Made by a program: the position numbers and the translations under genes. Source: Synergistales bacterium (GTDB lineage Bacteria; Synergistota; Synergistia; Synergistales; JAFGMB01). Taken from it: a stretch of 64,000 nt of DNA. The stretch lies in NCBI GenBank assembly GCA_963666205.1, contig OY762654.1, positions 1,696,001 to 1,760,000 on the forward strand, written 5' to 3'. Below, in pieces: positions 9,953 through 19,276 of the stretch. The notes beneath the pieces were generated by a model. The model searched no databases. It was not told where the DNA came from and was given only the letters and a program-made list of their open reading frames with translations. Within the stretch, counting starts at the first letter, position 1. The number at the start of each line of letters is the position of its first letter.

Positions 9953-11428
9953 TTGCTGGAAACCCTCGATCTCGATAAACACCTGTCAAAAAAAGATTTC
10001 AGGAATCTTTCTGAAAAATGTCAGATCAGGCTGGGAGTTCTTCAAAGGGAATTTCGTGACCATGGTATTCCGGTTATTCTCATATTTGAGGGTCTTGGTG
10101 CTTCCGGAAAGGGCAGGCTGATAAACAATCTTCTTCTTTGCTGGGATCCCAGGGGTTTTACCTACCACTATGTCAAACTATCCCAGGAAGAAAAAGACCG
10201 TTATCCCATGCTTTATCACTACGGCAGCAGAGCTCCTGCCAGGGGAAGGATAAGCATATTCGGCAGATGCTGGTATAGGGAGATCCTGGACAGGGGCGTT
10301 GAAAAAGGATTTGAAGACCAGTTTTTCAGGGATGGCATTGTAATGGCAGATGCCTTTGAAAGGCAGCTTGCTGCAGATGGGACCCTTGTTCTCAAATTTT
10401 TTCTTCATATAGATAGAAAGGAACAGAAAAAAAGGTTAAAGGAGAGAGAAAAAGACCCGGCCAGCGCCTGGGCAGTGACTGATTATGACTGGAATCAGAA
10501 CCGTGATCACAAACAATATGTCAAGACACTCGAAACGATATTTCAGAAAACGGACAGTGAATATGCTCCATGGACAATAGTTGAGGCTACGGACTGGAGA
10601 TTTGCCACATGTAAAATTCTTTCAACGGTGGAGAATGCCATGAAAGAACGTCTTTCCGGAAAAGTACTTTCAACGCCACCCAGCACGGTCCTTCCTGAAG
10701 AAGTTTCTATGATCACGTCGGTCCTGGACAATCTTGATCTGACAAAGGATCTCATCGGCAATGAATATAAGAAAGAACTTGAAAAATCTCAGGAACTCCT
10801 CCACTCCCTTGAACTGGAGATTTTCCACAGAGGGTTACCAGTTATAACACTTTTCGAGGGAATAGATGCCGCAGGCAAGGGTGGCGCCATAAAGCGTCTT
10901 GCCCAGTGTCTCTACCCCCGGAATTATGAGGTGGTTCCCGTTGGAGCTCCAAATGAGTGGGAGCTGAACCACCATTACCTCTGGAGGTTCTGGAGAGAAC
11001 TCCCAGCCAGGGGACAGATCAAGATCTTCGACAGGAGCTGGTATGGAAGGGTCCTTGTAGAAAGGGTTGAAAACCTGGCAACACCAGAGGAATGGAAAAG
11101 AGCTTATCGCGAGATCAACGAGATGGAAGAGGATCTGGATCGTTTCGGAGCCATAATAATAAAATTCTGGCTTCAGGTTGACAGGGATGAACAGCTTGCC
11201 CGTTTTGAGGCCCGCAAGGAAGATCCTGAAAAGGAGTGGAAACTCACTGAAGAGGACTGGCGAAACCGTGAGAAGTGGGACCAGTACATGGAGGCGGCCA
11301 GGGAGATGCTCTTCCGTACAAGTACAACCTATGCTCCCTGGACAGTGGTGGAGGCAAACTCCAAGCAGTATGCAAGAATAAAGGTCCTGAAGACTTTATG
11401 CGAGGCAGTGAAGAAAGCCCTGGGATGA
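9953..11428 (+). CDS. pap: Two-domain polyphosphate kinase 2 (polyphosphate:AMP phosphotransferase)
   Basis: Two PPK2 domains (FEGLGASGKG; FEGIDAAGKGG...FDRSWYGRVLVERVE). Confidence 0.92.
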   Translation: MLETLDLDKHLSKKDFRNLSEKCQIRLGVLQREFRDHGIPVILIFEGLGASGKGRLINNLLLCWDPRGFTYHYVKLSQEEKDRYPMLYHYGSRAPARGRISIFGRCWYREILDRGVEKGFEDQFFRDGIVMADAFERQLAADGTLVLKFFLHIDRKEQKKRLKEREKDPASAWAVTDYDWNQNRDHKQYVKTLETIFQKTDSEYAPWTIVEATDWRFATCKILSTVENAMKERLSGKVLSTPPSTVLPEEVSMITSVLDNLDLTKDLIGNEYKKELEKSQELLHSLELEIFHRGLPVITLFEGIDAAGKGGAIKRLAQCLYPRNYEVVPVGAPNEWELNHHYLWRFWRELPARGQIKIFDRSWYGRVLVERVENLATPEEWKRAYREINEMEEDLDRFGAIIIKFWLQVDRDEQLARFEARKEDPEKEWKLTEEDWRNREKWDQYMEAAREMLFRTSTTYAPWTVVEANSKQYARIKVLKTLCEAVKKALG

Positions 11429-11444
11429 GGGCTTTCTAATTCTG

Positions 11445-11547
11445 GATTGCCGATTTTAGATTTTGGATTAAAATCATCAGGTCAAAAACCAGAAACAAAA
11501 ACCAGAAACAAAAACCCTTCAGGCCGGGCAGACCATCGCCCGGCTTG
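11445..11547 (+). repeat. Array repeat copy 0 (GATTTT heptamer tract + GCCGGGC/GCCCGGC hairpin) after ppk2
   Basis: Near-identical to 14724-14825, 18744-18845, 21599-21700 and 23333-23433; carries an extra internal AAAAACCAGAAAC unit. Confidence 0.93.
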
Positions 11548-11704
11548 ATCTCTAATAAATAGTTTCTATGGGGTGTGCTTCGAAGAATCGATCTGTGACC
11601 TGAGTCCCTAAATGTTAGTCCAAATGTCCCGGCACATGAAAGAGAAATCGGGTATATTGATATCTATTATTCCTGTACTTTCTAAAAGTCGCTCAACCTT
11701 ATAT

Positions 11705-11792
11705 GAAGTAAAAGCAAAACCGTCGAAAGGCGGTGACGCAAAGCCACGGGTCTAAAGCCTCAAAAGGAAATGATCGCCGGGTTGCCGATGCA
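11705..11792 (+). promoter_or_regulatory. GEMM-I riboswitch copy 1, A20 variant (candidate 3',3'-cGAMP / GEMM-Ib type)
   Basis: GCAAAACCGTC-GAAA-GGCGGTGACGCAAAGCCACGGGTCTAA...GGGTTGCCGATG matches the c-di-GMP-I consensus; A at the position-20 equivalent (11713). Confidence 0.9.
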
Positions 11793-11816
11793 GTTCATTT
11801 GCCCTTTATGTGTATT

Positions 11817-11847
11817 ATCTCCGGGCAGAAAGGTTCGGGGATTTTTT
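11817..11847 (+). terminator. Riboswitch expression-platform intrinsic terminator (copy 1)
   Basis: ATCTCCGGG-loop-TTCGGGGAT followed by a T-tract. Confidence 0.7.
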
Positions 11848-12041
11848 ATTCTGTTTTAAAAGAACGTTATAATTCCGAGAAAAAGTATAATTTTTTGCAC
11901 ATTCTCTTCCATACTCCTGACAATTCATCACTGACAAAGTACCTGTTCAGGTTTATTTCAGGAAATTCAATTTTTCCGAAGTACGCCTGATTTTTAATTA
12001 TGATTACTTTCAAATTTTCATGAAGAGGAGATGAACTTTAA

Positions 12042-14723
12042 ATGAAAAATTTAAGAATCTTGAAGTTGTTGTTAGTTCTTTCAATTGTATTTCTTATGAG
12101 TGTTTCAACAGGATTTGCTTCTTCGCATGTAGTAACGAATCTGGATGGTGGAACGGAAGTGCCTGGTTCGCTGAGAAACATTTTGCTCTATGTCGTTCCA
12201 GGTGATTTAGTAACCTTTCCGGATGGTTTTAGCGGAACTATTAACCTTACCGGGCAGATATTTCTAACCCAGGATATTACTATTCAGGGACCCTGGGAGG
12301 GGTTGATCACTGTAAGTGGGTCTTTTATTGAACCTGCTAGTCTGATCCAGGTTGGCTATGGGGTAAATGCTCAGATATCGGGTCTTACATTTGCAAATGC
12401 AAATGCTGGAATCCAGGACGGTGCAGCGATCTCCAATGCTGGTAATCTTAGATTAACTGAATGTTCATTCCTGGGAAACCAGGCAGCTCGTGGAGGGGCA
12501 GTTTATAACGGTACAGGCTTAATTGACCCTGTGGCCTCAATGGATATTTTCGACTGCCAGTTTTGGGGCAATCAATCTGATTCCGGTGGAGCCATATATA
12601 ACGAAGGAGATCTCTCTGTAGAGAGCTGCGATTTTACCGGCAACCAGGCTCTTACCAGTGATGGTGGCGCCATATCCAACCATGGCAGCGCGTCATTAAC
12701 ATGGTGCAACCTGACCGGTAACACGATGACATCAACTTTCATGTCCGGTGGAGGTGCCATATCTAACTATGATGCCCTGGTGCTGGATTCCTGCGTGCTT
12801 GAAAACAATCAGGCCCTTAATAACCGCAATGGTGGAGCAATATACAGTTACAATGCGGAGGGCGGTACTTTCCTCAACAACTGTACTCTTAAAGGAAACA
12901 GTGCAGGTTCCGGCGGGGCCATACGAAACCAGGATGCAGAAAATTACCATAGCGAAGGGATTTCTCTAAGTCTTACAAATTGTATTTTGGAAAATAACGT
13001 GGCTCAATATGGCGGGGGGATTTACAGTAATCCCCAATATAACAAAACGATCCTCACAAACTGTATCATAGCCGGGAATACTGCAACAGTATCAGCAGGA
13101 GGCATCTCCAATGGCAACAACCAGCTTGAGATGAGAAAGTGTACAGTCAGCGGGAATATTGCCGGTTCCTCTGGTGGGGGAATATATAACTCCATTTATT
13201 CTGATAATTCTGCCTTGAGACTCTGGAACTCCACTATTACTGGAAATATTGTTTCAACTGACCAGGGAGATGGTGGTGGAGGTGCTTGTAATGTTCAAGG
13301 GACCTTCCAGACTACAAATTGTACTATTACCGGAAACTCTTCCCCTAAAGGCGGAGGATTATCATTTCTGAATGGATATGTTGTCCTGAAAAACACCATA
13401 GTAGCCTTTAACGAAGGTACCGTTTCCAGGGATATTTATGTTGATCCTTCCGGTTCTGCAGAATGTGCAATAAACAATGTTGTCAACAATCTGGTAGGAG
13501 TGGATCCTGATCCTGCTAGCTGGTTTGGCAGATCTCAAACAAATATCGTACTCTCAGGTGACATTGCCTCAACGGATGTATTTTCCGGGATCGAGGAAGG
13601 TCCCGAGGTTGGAGCTCCGGGTAATACAGAAAAAATGCAGGTTCTTGCTCTTAAGGCGGGTTCCATAGCTATTGATGCCGCACATTGGTTCGATCTTTTT
13701 GGAAAACTTGTATCAGAAGACCAGCGCGGAGTTTCCAGGCCTCAGGGAGATTATAATGACATCGGAGCTTTCGAACGTGAATTGGCAACCTACACCATAA
13801 CCGCCACTTCTTCAGCTGGAGGAACTATTTCCCCGGTATCAGCGGATGTTCCAGAGGGAATGGATCAGTCCTTCACGATAACCCCCTACGACGGTTTTGT
13901 CATAGAGGAACTTTATGCTGACAGGCAAAGAGTCGATTTTATTGCCCAGGGCGATACCTACATCTTTAATAATGTTTCGTCAAATCACGAACTTGAAGCC
14001 AGCTTTATGGTAGACCCTGCCATGATGGAAGATGCAGGGATTGAAGATTTTGGTATAACGGGAACGGACAAAGGACCCCTTGCAGACCCTGTAGCTATAA
14101 CTAAGCAGGACCTGCTTTCTATCAGTGTGGAAAAAGTGGACTTGGCTGAACTTGGTGCAGGCATACCAGAGGGGAATTTTGTGACCGGCCTTTCCTTAGA
14201 GATGGAATTTGATTCACCTGATATGGGAAATGCAGTCACCCAGGTGGATCTGGTGTTGGAAATATCCAGAGACCTTCTCGGTACAGATACATGTGCTGCC
14301 ATCGATGCAGGAGACGACCTGGAAGAGGCATTCTTTGAAAACGTGTCCCTGTATAAAATAGTTAGTCCGGATGTGTATGACCTTTTCGAAGTTGCATCAG
14401 AGGATCAGGATCCCTATGATTTCTTTGAAGTATCCAGTGATGACAGTGGTTATTATGTGTCCATGATTCTAGTCATAGCCGATGAAACTGCGCCAGAGGG
14501 AGAAGAATGCGTTCAGGCCCTTTTGGAAGGGCAGGATAGGTTCTTCTTTGTCTATGATGGAACTAAGGACGGCTGTTTCACAGATCCCATAGTGGCGGCA
14601 ATAAAAACTGCAGACGAGATTACAGAAAGCGGTACAGGCGGTGGAGGCAGCTGCAACGTGGGGACCTTACCCTCAGCATTCGGGCTTCTCATGGTGCCGT
14701 TACTCTTCCTGCTTCGCAGGTAA
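12042..14723 (+). CDS. Secreted beta-helix (Pmp-like GGAI/FxxN repeats) surface protein with Synergist-CTERM anchor
   Basis: Signal peptide; repeated N.A..GGAIYN; DQRGVSRPQG..DIGAFE; C-terminal GGGGSCNVGTLPSAFGLLMVPLLFLLRR. Confidence 0.88.
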   Translation: MKNLRILKLLLVLSIVFLMSVSTGFASSHVVTNLDGGTEVPGSLRNILLYVVPGDLVTFPDGFSGTINLTGQIFLTQDITIQGPWEGLITVSGSFIEPASLIQVGYGVNAQISGLTFANANAGIQDGAAISNAGNLRLTECSFLGNQAARGGAVYNGTGLIDPVASMDIFDCQFWGNQSDSGGAIYNEGDLSVESCDFTGNQALTSDGGAISNHGSASLTWCNLTGNTMTSTFMSGGGAISNYDALVLDSCVLENNQALNNRNGGAIYSYNAEGGTFLNNCTLKGNSAGSGGAIRNQDAENYHSEGISLSLTNCILENNVAQYGGGIYSNPQYNKTILTNCIIAGNTATVSAGGISNGNNQLEMRKCTVSGNIAGSSGGGIYNSIYSDNSALRLWNSTITGNIVSTDQGDGGGGACNVQGTFQTTNCTITGNSSPKGGGLSFLNGYVVLKNTIVAFNEGTVSRDIYVDPSGSAECAINNVVNNLVGVDPDPASWFGRSQTNIVLSGDIASTDVFSGIEEGPEVGAPGNTEKMQVLALKAGSIAIDAAHWFDLFGKLVSEDQRGVSRPQGDYNDIGAFERELATYTITATSSAGGTISPVSADVPEGMDQSFTITPYDGFVIEELYADRQRVDFIAQGDTYIFNNVSSNHELEASFMVDPAMMEDAGIEDFGITGTDKGPLADPVAITKQDLLSISVEKVDLAELGAGIPEGNFVTGLSLEMEFDSPDMGNAVTQVDLVLEISRDLLGTDTCAAIDAGDDLEEAFFENVSLYKIVSPDVYDLFEVASEDQDPYDFFEVSSDDSGYYVSMILVIADETAPEGEECVQALLEGQDRFFFVYDGTKDGCFTDPIVAAIKTADEITESGTGGGGSCNVGTLPSAFGLLMVPLLFLLRR

Positions 14724-14810
14724 GTCGATTTTAGATTGCCGATTTTAAATTTTGGATTAAAATCATAAGTTCAAAAACCAGAAACAAAAACCCTTCAAGC
14801 CGGGCAGATT
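13838..14810 (+). repeat. About 970-bp near-identical direct repeat of 17858-18830 (offset 4020)
   Basis: Line-by-line comparison shows about a dozen substitutions; covers the C-terminal third of the gene plus the downstream repeat. Confidence 0.95.
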
Positions 14811-14825
14811 AATTGCCCGGCTTGC
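14724..14825 (+). repeat. Array repeat copy 1 with terminator-like hairpin
   Basis: GTCGATTTTAGATTGCCGATTTT...CAAGCCGGGC-loop-GCCCGGCTTG. Confidence 0.93.
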
Positions 14826-15313
14826 TGGTATTCTAATTGAGAAGATCTTTTATCTCTGATTCAATAGTTTCATCAGAAATGTTCTCTCCAGGATTCTCCA
14901 GGTTTATGAATACGTTGGAAATTAGGACAGAACTGTTTTCCATATTATAGGGACTACCGCTTTTCCCCGTTGACACATGAGTCCCGGTAGATCTTCAACA
15001 AAGGATTTATATTTTTCTTTTGATTTTTGTGATATTCTTAATATGATATTTTTATATACGGCAGGCCTCTGTTCTTAAGAGACGCTCAATAACTACATGA
15101 ATATCCCTCCCAATTTATATTGAATAATTTCCTTAGCATTAAACCTGTCTATTCCTGTTTTTCACATAGCTTTACAGCCCCGGTTTCATTAGTGTGAGGG
15201 CTTTATTTTGAGTTGCATAAGCAGGTACATAGGTACAGCTCTGTAATACAGCCTGCTATTCCATAGGGCAAGTTCAATTTTTTTTATTAAATCCTTACTG
15301 GGAGGGATGAATA

Positions 15314-15787
15314 ATGAAAAGATACAGAATTGCCGTGGTACTGGTATTTTTATTCTGTCTTTGCGGCACTTCCTTCGGAGCGCTATCTTCTGCAATCAAC
15401 CCTAATCCTTCGAATGGGGCTATCGGAATTAACCGTGAGGGTCTTGTAATTGACTGGGACTGTAGTGAGTTCGGAACCTTCGATCTTTTCTTCGGGACCT
15501 CTCCGGGCGACCTTCTTCTTATTGCTGAAGACCTTGCATCTGCCGTCTACTTTGATCTTGATACTCTCGATCCTGAAACGACCTACTATTGGCGGGTGGA
15601 TGTGGTATCTTCTGACACTATTACTACGGTTACAGGGGATATCTGGAATTTCACCACATGGGCTTCGGCGCCTGACGACGATGATGACGATAGCGGTGGA
15701 GGAGGCGGAGGCGGCTGCAACACTGGTTTGATACCCGCAGCATTCGGATCTCTGCTGGTGCCCTTGATGTTCCTGCTGAGGAAATAG
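15314..15787 (+). CDS. Small secreted FN3-like domain protein with Synergist-CTERM anchor
   Basis: Signal peptide; LDPETTYYWRVDV...GDIWNFTT; acidic/Gly linker; CNTGLIPAAFGSLLVPLMFLLRK. Confidence 0.85.
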   Translation: MKRYRIAVVLVFLFCLCGTSFGALSSAINPNPSNGAIGINREGLVIDWDCSEFGTFDLFFGTSPGDLLLIAEDLASAVYFDLDTLDPETTYYWRVDVVSSDTITTVTGDIWNFTTWASAPDDDDDDSGGGGGGGCNTGLIPAAFGSLLVPLMFLLRK

Positions 15788-15830
15788 GTTTGATGGGCTG
15801 AAGCACACCCTGCGATTGTCAAAGTAAACT

Positions 15831-15897
15831 GATTTTAGATTAAACCATAAGTTCCAAAACAAGATAAGCAAGCCGGGCAGAACATCGCCCGGCTTGC
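15831..15897 (+). repeat. Array repeat copy 2 (degenerate) with terminator-like hairpin
   Basis: GATTTTAGATTAAACCATAAGTTC...GCAAGCCGGGC-loop-GCCCGGCTTGC. Confidence 0.85.
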
Positions 15898-16056
15898 TTG
15901 ATGTTTTTAGCTATTTTCCAGATGTTAAATAGCTGAAGCTCAATCTGTGACCTGAGTCCCTAAATGTTAGTCCATATGTCCCGGCACATGAAAGAAAAAT
16001 CGGGTATATTAATATGAATTATTTCTGTACTTTCTATAAATCATTCAACTTTATAT

Positions 16057-16144
16057 TCAGCAAGGGCAAAACCGTCGAAAGACGGTGACGCAAAGCCACG
16101 GGTCTAAAGCCTCAAAAGGAAATGATCGCCGGGTTGCCGATGCA
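16057..16144 (+). promoter_or_regulatory. c-di-GMP-I (GEMM-I) riboswitch copy 2
   Basis: AAGGGCAAAACCGTC-GAAA-GACGGTGACGCAAAGCC...GTTGCCGATG; G20 at 16065; terminator-like hairpin at about 16169-16198. Confidence 0.93.
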
Positions 16145-16397
16145 GTTCATTTGCCCTTTATGAGTATTATCTCCGGGCAGAAAACCAGGGGATTTTTATT
16201 AACCTGTGTTGAAAGGAGGAGAAAATTACCCTGAAATTAAGCAAAGTTCCCCTGCAGGAGAAAGATGATCGAGAGAAGAAAATCTTTACGAAAATAATGT
16301 TGGAATCCATATGATGTTATCCCTGTCTTGATTTACCAGGTCAGTAATTATTTGTCATTAAAAAATCAGATTTAGTTGCAAAGGAGATGGACTTGAG

Positions 16398-18743
16398 ATG
16401 ATGAATTTTAGAACTGTGAAGTTGTTATTAGCTCTTGTAATTGTATTTTTTGTTGGTATTTCAGCAGGATGGGCTGATACACTTACTGTAACAAACTCCT
16501 CCGATTCTGGAGCAGGATCCCTGAGACAAGCAATTGCTGATGCAGCTGAGGGAGATACTATAGATTTTAGCAGTGATTTAGAGAGTATCACCCTGTCTGG
16601 AACGCTGGTTATAAGCAAAAACATCACCATTATGGGATCCGGTGCTGGCACCCTTTCCATCAATGGGGGTGGCAACTGCAGGATATTTGAGATCGAGAGT
16701 GGAGCCTCAGTTGATATTTCCAACCTTTCCGTAGTAAGCGGTGATGCGACAGTATATGCAAGAGGTAAGAATGGCGGAGGGATATTGTTAGGGAACAATG
16801 CTGCACTCAGCTTGAATGGCTGTACCTTTGAAGATTGCAGGGCCAGACTTGGCGGAGCTATTACCTGCGTAAATGGAAGCAGTACTAATATTGAAAACTG
16901 CACTTTCAAAAACAATGAAGCTGTTGGAGATGCAAACAGTATCCCAACAGAAGGTTACGGTGGCGGGATCTATACTGGCGCAAACAGCGCCTCTTTAACC
17001 TACCTTTCTGTAACTGATTCAAATTTTTACGGCAATAAAGCCAGGGATTACGGTGGCGGTATTTACAATATCAGGGACTCAAATGCTACTGTTACAAACT
17101 GCAATTTCAGCGAAAACACTGCCGGAGTTAACGGCGGCGGTATTTGGAATTACTCAGAAAGTCTAACCCTTTCCGGATGTACCTTCAGCAATAATAGTGT
17201 AACTGATGGGGGTGGCGGAATATATAATGTTTCTCCAGGTCTTGCCGTGCTCCTGAACTGTACTATTACACGCAATATAGCCTCATCAGAAGATGGAAAT
17301 GGGGGCGGGGGGATTTACAATAGATCCGGGTACCTTAAAATCTCAAACTGTACTATTTCCGATAATTATTCTCCTAAAGGTGCCGGGATATCGGGTAGGG
17401 ATGGTACCGTTGCCCTGAAAAATACCATAATCGCCTTTAACAATGGTGAAGTTTCCAGAGATGTTTATATTATTCCTGGTGGTTCCTGTGTATATGGTAA
17501 TGGCTCAGGTTACAACCTTGCAGGAAACGTTCCTGAAAGCTGGTTCATGAATTATGGGGATATCATCCTCTCTGCCGATATTACCTCATCCGATGTTTTT
17601 TCAGGTTTAGAAAACGGTCCTGAAGCCGGTGCTCCTGGGGATACAGAAAAAATGCAGGTACTTGCACTGAAGGCTGGGGCATTGGCGGTGGAGGCAGCCC
17701 ATTGGTTCGACCTCCGTGAACAATTAGTTTCCGAAGACCAGCGCGGTGTATCAAGGCCCCAGGGATATTACAATGACATAGGTGCTTTCGAGCTTGAGCT
17801 TGCATCCTATTCCATAACCACCTCCTCTACTTCCGGCGGCGGAAGCATTTCTCCCGAGTCAGCGGATGTTCCAGAGGGAATGGATCAGTCCTTCACGATA
17901 ACCCCCTACGACGGTTTTGTCATAGAGGAACTTAATGCTGACAGGCAAAGAGTCGATTTTATTGCCCAGGGCGATACCTACATCTTTAATAATGTTTCGT
18001 CAGACCATGAACTTGAAGCCAGCTTTATGGTAGACCCTGCCATGATGGAAGAAGCAGGGATTGAAGATTTTGGTATAACGGGAACGGACAAAGGACCCCT
18101 TGCAGACCCGGTAACTATCACTAAGCAGGACCTGCTTTCTATCAGTGTGGAAAAAGTGGACTTGGCTGAACTTGGTGCAGGCATACCAGAGGGGAATTTT
18201 GTGACCGGCCTTTCCTTCGAGATGGAATTTGATTCACCCGATATGGGAAATGCAGTCACCCAGGTGGATCTGGTGTTGGAAATATCCAGAGACCTTCTCG
18301 GTACAGATACATGTGCTGCCATCGATGCAGGAGACGACCTGGAAGAGGCATTCTTTGAAAACGTGTCCCTGTATAAAATAGTTAGTCCGGATGTGTATGA
18401 CCTTTTCGAAGTTGCATCAGAGGATCAGGATCCCTATGATTTCTTTGAAGTATCCAGTGATGACAGTGGTTATTATGTGTCCATGATTCTAGTCATAGCC
18501 GATGAAGCTGCGCCAGAGGGAGAAGCATGCGTTCAGGCCCTTTTGGAAGGGCAGGATAGGTTCTTCTTTGTCTATGATGGAACTAAGGACGGCTGTTTCA
18601 CAGATCCCATAGTGGCGGCAATAAAAACTGCAGACGAGATTACAGAAAGCGGTACAGGCGGTGGAGGCAGCTGCAACGTGGGGACCTTACCCTCAGCATT
18701 CGGGCTTCTCATGGTGCCGTTACTCTTCCTGCTTCGCAGGTAA
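16398..18743 (+). CDS. Secreted beta-helix surface protein with Synergist-CTERM anchor (paralog of 12042..14723)
   Basis: VTNSSDSGAGSLRQAI N-terminus, GGGIYN repeats, C-terminal about 290 aa nearly identical to the paralog. Confidence 0.88.
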   Translation: MMNFRTVKLLLALVIVFFVGISAGWADTLTVTNSSDSGAGSLRQAIADAAEGDTIDFSSDLESITLSGTLVISKNITIMGSGAGTLSINGGGNCRIFEIESGASVDISNLSVVSGDATVYARGKNGGGILLGNNAALSLNGCTFEDCRARLGGAITCVNGSSTNIENCTFKNNEAVGDANSIPTEGYGGGIYTGANSASLTYLSVTDSNFYGNKARDYGGGIYNIRDSNATVTNCNFSENTAGVNGGGIWNYSESLTLSGCTFSNNSVTDGGGGIYNVSPGLAVLLNCTITRNIASSEDGNGGGGIYNRSGYLKISNCTISDNYSPKGAGISGRDGTVALKNTIIAFNNGEVSRDVYIIPGGSCVYGNGSGYNLAGNVPESWFMNYGDIILSADITSSDVFSGLENGPEAGAPGDTEKMQVLALKAGALAVEAAHWFDLREQLVSEDQRGVSRPQGYYNDIGAFELELASYSITTSSTSGGGSISPESADVPEGMDQSFTITPYDGFVIEELNADRQRVDFIAQGDTYIFNNVSSDHELEASFMVDPAMMEEAGIEDFGITGTDKGPLADPVTITKQDLLSISVEKVDLAELGAGIPEGNFVTGLSFEMEFDSPDMGNAVTQVDLVLEISRDLLGTDTCAAIDAGDDLEEAFFENVSLYKIVSPDVYDLFEVASEDQDPYDFFEVSSDDSGYYVSMILVIADEAAPEGEACVQALLEGQDRFFFVYDGTKDGCFTDPIVAAIKTADEITESGTGGGGSCNVGTLPSAFGLLMVPLLFLLRR

Positions 18744-18845
18744 GTCGATTTTAGATTGCCGATTTTAAATTTTGGATTAAAATCATAAGTTCAAAAACCA
18801 GAAACAAAAACCCTTCAAGCCGGGCAGATTCATCGCCCGGCTTGC
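18744..18845 (+). repeat. Array repeat copy 3
   Basis: Same repeat and hairpin; 18694-19120 matches 21549-21975 (offset 2855). Confidence 0.93.
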
Positions 18846-18990
18846 TTGCACTAAATAACTTTTATTTCAATCCATGGATCTGGGACCTGAGTCCTGAAAT
18901 GTTGAGACATAAGTCCCGATAAAAGATTACAAAATACGATATAGTGAGAACTGTTATAGCTTTTATCTGAAAAGTCACCCAACTTTATAT

Positions 18991-19078
18991 TCAGCAAGGG
19001 CAAAACCGCCGAAAGGCGGTGACGCAAAGCCACGGGTCTAAAGCCTCAAAAGGAAATGATCGCCGGGTTGCCGATGCA
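18991..19078 (+). promoter_or_regulatory. c-di-GMP-I riboswitch copy 3
   Basis: P2 CCGCC-GAAA-GGCGG; G20 at 18999; terminator ATCTCCGG...CCGGGGAT-TTT at 19103-19133. Confidence 0.93.
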
Positions 19079-19276
19079 GTTCATTTGCCCTTTATGAGTA
19101 TTATCTCCGGGCAGAAAGATCCGGGGATTTTGTTATTTACAGGTGTTTCTCTAATTGAATTCTCAACCATTTTCTAATTGAGGAGAGGTTCATCCTGTCC
19201 ATATCTTTTGAGAGTTGAAGATCTGATATTTGAATCATTACATAATTCCATACTTTTTCTAAAAAGGAGAGATACC

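Noticed and set aside
11733-11990. ORFs 11733..11990, 18851..19033 and 21706..21888
   Set aside because: They overlap the riboswitch leaders, and their mutual similarity reflects the repeated non-coding element.
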